Source: Convolutriloba macropyga
Taxonomy: Eukaryota
NCBI RefSeq assembly: GCF_964194025.1
Contig: NC_134474.1
Coordinates: forward strand, 744,001-808,000
Length of the DNA: 64,000 nucleotides
Reading direction: 5' to 3'
How positions within the stretch are numbered: position 1 is the stretch's first letter; each line of letters begins with the position of its first letter. Positions 23,601-35,600 of the stretch are shown here, piece by piece. The notes beneath the pieces are model-generated. The model did no database searches. It had not been told where the DNA came from and saw nothing but the letters and a program-made list of their open reading frames with translations. A program made the translations under genes and the position numbers.

Positions 23601-26600
23601 TGTGTCTTATGCAAAAATTGCTGTGAACGCAAATTAAGCCAAAATGATGGCAAGCCGTCGTAAAAACACACCGAATGTTATGCAACATTTATGTAATTTC
23701 TCAGAAATAATGTGCCGCAAACCAATACAATCGAGACAGCGTATACCATTTCAATCTGAAGTGTGTTTCAGTGCAATTAAGAAACAAAAATAAGGTCCAT
23801 TTTAGAGATTTAGTGAATGCGATCCCTAGAGGATCGCTGTCTATGGCCATGTGTCATCCATATGTCTCATCCTCTGTGGTATTTCATCCAAAATTTCCCG
23901 CAAAGCCACAAACTTTGGCCAATCTAAAAATCTTTTGGCCAACTTTCTACCATTTTCAATTTTTGGCTTGCTTGCCCATCGTTTTGTTTGAACGCCGCCA
24001 AAATTCTTCACAACATCTCTCCGAAATGTTTGTCATGTAAGATCTCATCCATAAATTTATATCTTTTAATATACGATAAATCATTTGTCTCTACACAAGC
24101 TGTATCATCTGTTGCATATAATGAAACCAGTTGTNNNNNNNNNNNNNNNNNNNNNNNNNNNNNNNNNNNNNNNNNNNNNNNNNNNNNNNNNNNNNNNNNN
24201 NNNNNNNNNNNNNNNNNNNNNNNNNNNNNNNNNNNNNNNNNNNNNNNNNNNNNNNNNNNNNNNNNNNNNNNNNNNNNNNNNNNNNNNNNNNNNNNNNNNN
24301 NNNNNNNNNNNNNNNNNNNNNNNNNNNNNNNNNNTCACAAGCACTTTTAGGTATTTAAAATGGTTCTCAAGTATTCACGTAATAATTGGGAAATAAAGTT
24401 TTAGTCTAATTACGAGTAAAAAATTGTTTGAAATGGATTACATTTATCCGCGAAAACTCATGGCATACTCATGACATGCATACTCATGACTTTGTATAAT
24501 CTGAACTTCGCTATTGAAAAATCAGACTGTATTGTCGGAAAGTTTTCCAAACTTTGCTTTTTTTCTATTTAGGAAGGTTTCATTCTTTCTCTGATTTTTA
24601 GTTGTATCGTTCTTCCTTATTGCACATTTCCAACCTTTTGTCAAAAAACAACTCTTGCTTGAGATCTGTGTCTTTTTTAGTGGCGCAGAAGATGAAAGAT
24701 GGGAAAGGAAAAGGGAGGAAACTGGGCGGAGGACGCAAAGGAGCGTAAGTTGACAGCTAACCCCCCCCCCCCTCCTTACCCACGATTATCTCTTACATCA
24801 ATACAAGGCTGGGAGTTAGTTATTAATAAGAGTAATATTATATAACCGCCTGAGTCCTACTAAGGAAGAATTGGGGTAATTCTAGATTTTTATTCGATCA
24901 TGAAAATTGTGATAATAATTTTTCTACGAATAAATTATTTTTAAAATCTCATACTCGTAAGTCAAAATCCTCGGAACCCAAAATAATACCCGAAAAATTG
25001 TGGGCGTTTATAGAAGTAATGTTATCATTCAGTAAGAGAAATGAATTTATCCAACAATTGCGACCAAATTGATAAAACTGGTCATTTTGTTCTAGGAAAG
25101 CCTCCGACAGCAAAACTCCGGCTGTGAAAACAAAAGACACATCATTAACGAAAGCTGGTTCAAAAGAACAGTCAAGAGCAGTGGCCAAAGTAGAAAAGGT
25201 GGTCAGAATAGTCACAACTCTGGCTTCATCCACTGATCATCATCCAGCACACAAAGGTGGTCAATCTGTGGGTGGGCTGAAAGGTCAGGATAAACCTTTT
25301 CCTCAAGTTTGGAATATTTTATAAGTTGTGAAAGAGAGAAAACTGATTGGGAATGGTACCCTTTATAGTGTGGCTTCTAGGGCACAAAATTTCAATCACG
25401 AAACCAATTTAACCTTAACGCAGTAAATGTCTTGCCGGGTTGAAGTTTGTTTGATTTCATACAAAGATCATATATAATTTCATACTGTCCGTATTTCATT
25501 TCTTACAATGATCTTAGTAATAAACCAAAGAGATCATATATGATTCTTGTGTGACTATTAAGATTATAATCATACAAGGAGATTATAGTCATATTAAGAT
25601 TATAGTCATACAAGGAGATTATAGTCATATTAAGATTAAAGTCATACAAAGAATCATATATGGCCTAGTATGAAACCACAGAAATTTGTATTATGTGTGA
25701 CCCGGGTAGGTGTGTTTTAAAAAAGAAGTTCCTCTTTTCTGCTTAGCCAATCAGATTTTGAATATTTCAAGATTTTAGCAAAAATCATGGAATCAATTTG
25801 CATGAAAAATAATTCAAAGCTTGCACCTAAGTTTTTGAGAAGCGACCAATTGCATGATGCGATTTCAACAACATAATTAAACGTCCTTAGTAATTTTCTC
25901 CAGTTCAGAAGCTATCAATGTCCATATGGAAGAAATAATTTTAGGCAAAGAAAAATACGGATCAGAGAGCAAATTCGACAAACAGAAATCTGGCGCAACT
26001 GCCGATCACGATTCTTTAAAGCCTGGATTCGATCAGCCAGTTATATCAGTGACTATTACTGAAAAGAAAACATCAAGTGAAAGTCTCCGTGATAGAAAAG
26101 TTTCAACTCAGGAAAAATTTAGAAAGAGTGAGAAACCTTCAAAGTTACTTCGACAACAAGCAGATTCATCTATGACACCATTTGCACAATCATTAGCTGG
26201 AAAACTGAAAGGATTACACGCACTCGAACACCACGAAAAAGTCAAAGTGGATCAAGAAATCAAAAACAGAATGACAAAAGCCATCAACAAGGCTCGAGTT
26301 TTTGAGTCAATCACAAACAAGAAGTTTCGTGAAGAACCACCCCCAATTTCAGTCACAGACGAGGACGGTGGTGAAAAACAGGAAAACAATTTGGGGCAAA
26401 AAGCTGGAGTACAAAGTTCATCTTCAAAAAGTCCGTCTCCGCAGAGAGGGAGGAAAACAGGGCAGTATTTGGCCCCGCCTTCTCCTCAAGGTCCGAAAGG
26501 AGGCAAAGGTGCTAAAGGGACCAAGGTAAGGACTTGTGATGACGTTGGTTGAATGTTGAGGTTAATCTCTCTTAAGAAAGTTAGGAAAACTTAGGAAATT

Positions 26601-29600
26601 ATAACAAAAGTACTAACAATAAGATTTCTTGGCTGCTTGGATGCTCAGAATGCTGGACATGGGTTACATTAGGTTTCGTGGGAAAAAGAGTGACGATATA
26701 ATCATGCTTTTCAGTCTCTTATGTCCACTATTAAAGTAAACATTTTTCATCGTGAGTAGTAAATTCAGACTTTTATTACGTACCTTTACCTTGGGGCTCA
26801 TTTGGTCATTTTATGGTCACCATTTTATTAATCGCTGTTTTTAGGGAAGCAAATCGCGGGGAGGAAAAACGAAAGGTAGAAGTGATTCCTTGGAAAGAGA
26901 GGGAGAGGGAGGGAAAGAGGAAGAGACCGCGCCCAGTGAAGGCGGAGCAGCCCAAGGCGGAGAACCCAAAGTTGATTGGAGGAAAATGAACCCAGGTATG
27001 GGGTGCTTTAAGTTTGATTATAAAGAATTAAAAACTGCGGCTCTAAGATTTCAGAATTAATTCATGCGTATCAATTTAATCTGATACGAAATCTTATCAC
27101 CTTTCCTCCGTATTTATTAATAGCCGCGAAGCGATAGCTGGGGCTATTATTGGCCTTCTCTTGTTTTTTTTAAGTTCAAAAAAAATCAGTTGTATTGGGG
27201 CGCTGTCTTTTAATTTAAGATCTGTTCACACATTTTCATGATTTTTGAAGTCAAATTGGAGTAGTGATTTTGTTCACACCGAAACAGGAAGTGGAGCGAA
27301 AAAGCAAGTGGTTTTGGGGCGTGAAATTTTTTCACTCTAATTTTAAAGTAGAGTGAGAAAACGGTGTTTGAACAGAAAATCGCTGTCTTGCTCGTGGTTT
27401 TTTGTTCACATGCGGCAATTTGACATTGAATTTTTGTTTTTTTTTTTCTATTTTTTATCTAACTTTTTTTGAAATGGTTTTCCCTATTTACTCATAGTCC
27501 ATTCTAGGTCTAGTTTTTTGTTTAGTCAATGAAAATTCTTTGAATTGTACGTTAGGAGTTGTCCTGCTATGTTTTCTTCAATTCATCGCCAAAGTTTTTG
27601 TTGCGACCATACGACGTCACAATCACTTTAAATCTGCTTTTTGTTCACTTTAATTCTGCTTTAAATCTGCAAATCTGAACTGAATTTCATGCGTGACTTC
27701 ATGTTTCACTCTTAGTTGAGCGAGTGAAATTCATTCTTGTGTTCATTTTTTGTTCATTATTGTGATTAAATTTCTGCTCACACGTGACTTACCTCACTCT
27801 CAAAAATGACTTCCTCATTCTGAAATTGACTTTTCGTTGCTTTAATTCAAAGGGATAAGGTCAAATGAGTGCTTATCACTCTAATTGAAGGTTATTTAAG
27901 AGCAGCTAATAGAAACAGCAATAAGTTATACAGATTCTTAATCAAAATTTAACATCTCAGCCTTTAATGAAAAGAACAAGCTTCTTTTTTTGGTCTGTCT
28001 TTTTTACTTTCTTCATGAGACTACAGATCTACGAAGCTATCGCGGCTATTTTCTGGCAATCTGCCTGCTATGTTTTCTATTTACATCAATTCGAAAGCTG
28101 GTTGTTTCTAAAAGTTAAATTATAAAATTGAACAAGCTAAAATTCGAATATGGCCAGTTTCAAGACAAGTACCTATTTAAATATATCAATAGGTCGTGAC
28201 ATTCGAGTGATCGAGGAAAGTAAAATTGTATATTGAATTCTGTCTTTGTTTTTCAGTCTTGGACCAATTCCGTGACATAGCAGGACCTGACAATCAGAGG
28301 CCATTAACAATAACCTTTTGCGCTTGTCTTTCTCTTTTGAAAGTCTTGCTTTCCTCTTTTCTTAAATCTCACTGATTCTTCTCAACTCAACTCTGTTGTT
28401 TGTGTTAGAGTATAAAGACAATTCGGATCTATTCTGTCCCCCCCCCCCCCCCCCCCAGCTTAGTGAGCATAAATCTTTTATGACCCCCAGGCGCACGTGC
28501 TATTTTCTTTTTTCTTACATAGTAACGTGCTATATAACAACATATAATTTGTAACTGGGGGTCATAAAAACACAGGGGGGGGGGGGGGGAGGGAGGGACA
28601 GAATAGATCCGACAATTCTATTAGTGTTTCTAGTAGAAAATGGAGACTGTATATTTTAGATCTGTTAGATGAAGTGAGTACTCATATTCCTCATTACACT
28701 AATCGTAAATAATTAATCGTTAGTATTAAATCACCAACTTAGTCTAATATGTGCTGGTAACTTCTTATAAAATACCCCAATTCATTATATTTGCGAATCA
28801 AACCCTTGCTAACCCATCGTGTTTCAACAGTGCGCTGAATCTTAATAAATCTTATTGCGTAACCAAGTCCCACTGTGGGTATCAGTCTGCTTTATAATTG
28901 AACGTTTGATTTTACTAAACAATTGGCTGTCTAAAATTTAAGCTCAGTAACTTTTTCACTGAAATAAACTAGCTCAACCGACCAACGAATGGACTGAGAT
29001 GACACAAGAGAGTACAAGACATAACTTCTGTGCACTCCCCAGTGATTCTGGAATTTTTATCGTGTCAGATCTGACAAATTTTTGACAAAACCATCTTGCT
29101 AATAGCCTGTAAGGGGATGCATCTTCTTATCAGATCTGATAAGACGTTGCTCAGATCTTATACGATAAAAATTCCTCTTATAAGTTCTTACACAGTAAAA
29201 ATTCCTCTTATAAGTTCTTACACGATAAAAATTCCGTCTTATCAGATCTTACACGGTAAAAATTCCGTCTTATCAGATCTTACACGATAAAAATTCCGTC
29301 TTATCAGATCTTACACGATAAAACTTTCCTCTTATCAGATCTTACACGATAAACAATTGGAAAGCTATGACTCTAAAGTTCTTGAAGTATGGCATGCTCT
29401 TCAAATTGAAGACAATTCAGAGTTGCTTTCAAGCAGTTTTTTAAGACATATATGATATTGTAAAAAAAAGGGTATTCCAGTGGCAAGGGCTTTCTCTGAA
29501 GCGCTGATTATCAAACTAGGCTGAAAAATTTTTTTCAACGACCGAAACTATCTTGGACTGCTAAACTTAATCAAAGTACCCAGTTAACACTCACAATAAA

Positions 29601-32600
29601 GCTGCTGCCAGAACAGAATCAACACTCATTTTTTTGTTTCATAATTGTTTAGTGGACCGATTTTTTTTACTTTCATAGAAACTCGACAACGTTATACGAT
29701 TATATTGAAATCAATAAAACATGTCTTATCAGATCTTACACGATAAAAATTCCATCTTATCAGATCTTACACGATAAAAGTTCTGGTAAGTGGAATGTTT
29801 ATCTTATAAGATGTCTTATCAGATCTTACAGGATAAAAATTCTGATAAGAGGAATTTTTATCTTATAAGATGTCTTATAAGATCTTACACGATAAAAATT
29901 CCTCTTAACAGAATTTTTATCGTGTAAGTTCTGATAAGAGAAATTTTTATCGTGTAAGATCTGCTCAGATCTTACACGATAAAGATTTTTAGTCAGCATC
30001 TTATCAGATCTTACACTATAAAAATTCCTCAATCACTGGGGCTATGGTTGAACACTGTTTTTCAAAGTTGTTTAACAAATTTTTACAAATTAAGCTCCAC
30101 GTCAAATCAAAATGTAAATAAGCAAGACTAACTTTTCAAAGCACCATTGAAAATTTAATAAAATTAACTAAGCGCTGTTTGTTGTACAATATCCCTGAAT
30201 AGCAGCTGGATATTGAAAAAAAATATAAATAAAAAACGTTAGAGTTCACAACCGGATCAGGGCGCTAACGTTTCCCCAAAGTGGTGTTTCTGTATTGATT
30301 GAGATTTCAATTGTTTTATTGACTATTGATTTTTGAAACTAAACTGAGAAATCGTACAAAATTTTTGAATTTAATTATTTGTCATTAATTTTGTAATGAG
30401 CATTTTTTAAATCTGCAAAACGGAAAAAATTTTGTTTGCAAAAAGTTAAACCGATAAATTTGTGTTAAAAATTGTTCCATTAAAGAATGGAAATTGAGAA
30501 AATGATTTTAAACGCCGCTTGCTTCTTCACCTAAGTGCTTTTCATTACGTAACGTATTGCTGAGATTAAAACGTTTTCTATACAAGAAGATTACGGTTGT
30601 TAAGTTAAAATGGCTGATTTAAATTTATTTTGGCTTTCTTTGAGATTTTAACTACATTTATTACAAGTTTGACCTAATTTTGTCATAACTTTTTGTTGCG
30701 TGCCATCATTAAGTTTTGTGAGATTCAACAGAATTCACAATATTTTTCAAACGCAATGAAATTTAATAGATATCAGTTAACGTTGTTTAATCGAAAAGCC
30801 TTCAAGAAATAATGTTTCCGCCGTTGTACATAATACTTCACATTGCTATGGAAAAACATATTAAATGATTAAAAATCAGACGCAGCTTGTCATTGCTTAA
30901 AACTTCCTGAATGTTTTTTTTTCATTTAAACAATTTTATCCAGCTAAAAACCAATAGGGTGTTTACATAGATCACAAAATCAACCTTGGTTTCAACTAAA
31001 GAATCTTAACATAAAATTTTACTTTTTAGATTTTTTCAAGATGATGTTATTTGCTGTCATGATATACATTTTACTGCTGTATTATTCTGCACAATGAACT
31101 TGAGGTCTTTCATTCGTTTGCGGAAGTGCAAATCAATCAAAACATGCAACTTTTTGAATTCGATGGGTTTGCATGCAACAGTCTGTACATTAAGGTTGTT
31201 CTCAGCAGGTGCAATTGTTGTAAAAATGGGCTAGTATTGCATTCGAACATGCATCTCTTACAGCAAGCCTAGTGTACTAACTATTACACCAACTGGTCTT
31301 TAACTCTCTAACTTTAGCGTCTCCTATAGCCCGTTCTATTCGTTTTTCCTTGTTCCTCAATGCTTAATGTCTCTGACCAAGTATATGTTGTACAAGAAGA
31401 GCTATTGTTAAGTTATTTCATGCGTATGTTAATCACAATGTACATTAGGTTTTTCTTTCTCAACCTTTTATTATATACGAAATGAATTTTTGACTCGTAA
31501 AGATTCGAAGAACAGTTGGAAATAAAAGTTGTGCCGAGTTGAAAAAGACTTTTTGAAAAGTATTGAATTTTTTCATTCAGAATATATGTTTTAAAGTTTG
31601 CGTTATATCTGTAGGTATGAACAGATAAATAAGAAAGTATTCAGTTTGTTTTCGTCATGTACATATTTTTGCGTGCTGATAAACGAAAATCGGCTCTTCT
31701 ATTGTGTAAGCTAACAAAATAGTGTCAGACTATTGAATCAAAATTCTTCGAATAATACCAAAAAAGTGGTTGGACCGAAGTTGCTTAATATTGTGAAAAA
31801 TATTTTTTGAAGAATTATGAAAACATTGACTCGCGTGAGAGTCAATATTTCACATCAATGTGCGATAAGTTTGTAGACAATCCAATGAATGCCTTGGAAA
31901 ATTAAGAAAAGAGCATTTTTAAAAAGTTTGTTACAATATCAGTTTTTATTCATTTTTTGTAAAGTGTTTCTCTCGTCCGGCCCCCTCAGTTGCATCGAAC
32001 TATGTTAATTTCATTTTCCACAATACTTATTGACTAACCAGACAATGGCCATATCCGGCAACAAAAGTTTTCACCCTTAGAGTTAGTTCTAATAAACAGT
32101 AAAGTGTGGATTTTGAAATGAATTTTTTTGTTAAGATTGACCTTGACAAACTGTCGCCAGCAGAGAGGAGGAGGATTGAGGTATTGAGGAAGAGGAGGCA
32201 GAAGGAATTGGAGAAGAAACAGCAGGAGGAGGAGGAGAAGAGACTGGCTGAGGCAAAACTCAGGGCAGAATTGGACAAACAGATACTGGAGGAAAGGATA
32301 AGGTAATGTCATCATGGCTTCAATATCAAATTGATCATCAATCTGTAGTGAAACACATATATATTTTTGAAAATGTATAGAGGCATTAGGTTTTCGGTTT
32401 TTGTTCCAACTCACTTAAGTGGGGGAGGAAATATATACTCAACTGGGTTTTTTAGTTCAGACAATTTCGGCCGATCGATATAATCATTGAAGAGCGTTGT
32501 GAGTGGTAACATTAGAAAGCCCCTCAAGCGTAGAATATGGAATTAGAAAGATTTTTTTGCAATTTTTGCTTTTTATAGGAAGTTATCGAGGCTTAAAATT

Positions 32601-35600
32601 TTGTGAACATTAGACGTAATTCAGCTATTTTTGTTCACATTTTTGGCATTTTGACCGAATTTTCGTCAATTTTGCCAAAATTTGTTAAAACTGTTAACTG
32701 TAGTATTATTGATTTCATCCCTAAAGACAGAGAAGAGTTTCTGAACTGTTCGATCCAAGTTTTTCGGGCTAGAAAAAAAATGCTAAACTTTTCAAAATTC
32801 AGACTTATTTCGTCGAAAATGAGACCAAATTTGCTTTTTTTTAGCCCACTTGCTTTAAATTTGCTGGAAGTAGACACGTTAAAACTGCAGCCCTATTCCC
32901 CTCAAGCTCGAAAAAAAAGCTAGTTGTACTCCCGGCGGATTTTGTGAGCCTTCTGGAATTATAACTTTGTCAGTTTTCAGACAACTCTTTCATTTATTAT
33001 CTAATGTCTGTTATGATTTTGATTATAATTGTTTTAAGAAAATATCGTGGATTTCTTGAACGTTGCCACTATTTTATCTTTTTTCTATCAACTTCGAGCG
33101 CAGTCTCAGTAAAAACAGGCAGAAAAAGATTTCATTTGAGTTATAAATTAATGTTGGAAACGGTTTTATATTAAACTAATGGTTTCTTTGTTTTGATACT
33201 ACGCGTTTTCATTTTTCAATAATTTTTGAGCATAATTACATATTTTATAATTTCATTTTGTTTCCTTGTCGCATTTGCGCGTTTTTGAAAAGACCAATTG
33301 CAAAAAAGCATAGTTTGAAAATGCACAGCGTTTGGGAAAGGCGTATCTGGATATGTTAATTGTTTTTGTTGAACAGTTGATGCTTTTTTGAGCTGAGACA
33401 CAGTTGTCTCGCAAAATTTTTGTGGATTTTTCTGTTTTTGCCTATAGTTTTCTTACTTTTTGTTGTTTTACGTCATATACCTGATAACGATAGGTCCCAA
33501 TTGGTTCCCCAGGACATATAACACAAAACATGTTTACAGATTTCAGTTTCTAACTGTTTGTTTTAATGACTTTCAAATTAAATTAAAAAAAAAGATTTTT
33601 TTAAGAACTGTCTTCTTTTTGCTTTCATTTTTTTCGCCATGTACCTCAATCTCACTAATTAAACGTCTCAAATATTTTGTTTATTCAAAGATTTTTTCGC
33701 GCTTGGTTATACGTTGTGACTTATTGCTTTGACCATTTAGTTTTATCAAGAATTTTTCGAGATTTCTATTGTGTTCAATTTTAAGGCTTCTTTTTGTTGT
33801 CATGTCTACATAGTCCTTTTAAGAGGAAAACGCGTTGATATTAAGATGAGCAGAAAGTGATGATGTACAGTTCTTGCAGGTAACATTTTACAATTATAGT
33901 GCCTTGACCACTGTGACGTTGTAAAGCTGTTTGAAGTTTTGGCTTTTTTATGTATTTCTTGTTATTTTGTGTGATCTCGACTTAGTCTCGTTATTAACAG
34001 GCCCCATTGGCTTCCTGAGATGTTGCCAACTAATCCATCGATTTTTGTTGTAATCGTAAGTCTGTTATCACTTTTGAATGTTTTTGTTTTCAAAAACATA
34101 TTTGGGTTTTTGAGCTTCGTCACATTATTAACTAGTTTTTGGTATCTTTAATGCTCAGTCTCTGTAAGCACAGGTCAAAAACCGTTTCCAGATAGCTATA
34201 TTTTAATCTTTATAACAATGTTAGTTTCAAACAATTGTTTCTCGACTTTGTTACTACTATTACTACGAGATTTTTTAAAATCTTTGAGATTTTTGTATGT
34301 TTGTACATTTTGAATAATCGCTGGTCCCATTGGCTTTGAATTTTTGCGCAATTGAAAATTGGATAATGACATGTCTCAATTTTTTCCAATGGAGATTTAA
34401 TTGGACATTTTAGTGAATTCAGTTGATATCTAATGACATTAATAACTGTTAAATTATCTGTTTTCAAAAACAGAAACGTATTTATGAACTTCTTTGCTCT
34501 TTTTGTCGGCGTGTTAACCAGTCGCATTGAGGACAGGTCTCATAATTTTTTCTAATATAGTATAGGTTTAATTATTTTGTTTAGGTTTTTTTTTATTCGA
34601 GTTTGAATTTCTTATGTTCTTTTTATTATAGACATTGAGTTTTGGTCGCATTGATTTGTATTATTGTTTTTACTAGTAGTCTTATTATCAGCAACTTTCA
34701 TCGGCCCTCTAGCGTGGCCTTATTGTATTCTAGTGGTTGTTTATTGAACGATATGTTTGTTTTCGAAAGTTTTCTATCTCTTCATCATTTGGTAGCCAAT
34801 TACGTAAAGAAAGTGGATGAGCGGGGTCGGAACATTATGTGCGTACGCTCATTACCGAGCCTCCTTGTTTAATTTAAATTGCATGTTATCTAATGAGCGG
34901 TGAGACATTTAATTTTTGCGAGCGTATGAGCAACTGTTATTTTGACTATCGATAATTGAGATGAGTGATTCACGAAAACTTATGGAACAAACTGGGCATA
35001 TTGGTCAATTTCATTGTCAACATCTCGTCAACATAGCAGCGTCGCTTTCACTTTATCGAGGTTGATCTAATGAATTTTTGCCACAGAATTCTCTCTAATT
35101 AGACGAAACTAATTTACAACATAGGTTATCCCCTCCCCTTGGGTGAGGTCGAAAGTTGACAGGGTTTAAGTAGTTACCACGAAATCCACGAGTATTCCCT
35201 ATACTGCAAATAAAATTTAGTCCTTTTTTCCAAAATTTTTCACACTATTAACTCGTTTTTAAAAACTGCGCAGTAGTAAGCTGAGCCTAACCATAACGTG
35301 CTGATCCCATTTAAGTAAAATTCAGAAAATTTGAATTTAATAAGGGCGCAATTTTCAGGACTCAATGAGAAATAATTGAGAAGTGATTTTTTTAAACCAA
35401 GAATTCCTTAGAGCTTAACAAATTCTCTAGAGCTTTAATGATGATTCGAAAGTTTTCCATACTCGATCAATTTTTTCGTTCCTATGCGGCTTCTTCAAGC
35501 AGTCATTTTTGGTTATAAAACCAAAATTGAGCATATATGAATTAGTTGACTCTAATGATTAATGTCATACATCATAAATTAATTTAGTGCAGTAAAATTA

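Noticed and set aside
23988-24396. ORFs containing long X runs
   Set aside because: Artefacts of the N gap.
29096-30032. CRISPR-like repeat array and ORFs
   Set aside because: Units are contiguous without unique spacers, there are no cas genes, and the context is eukaryotic; it is a minisatellite.
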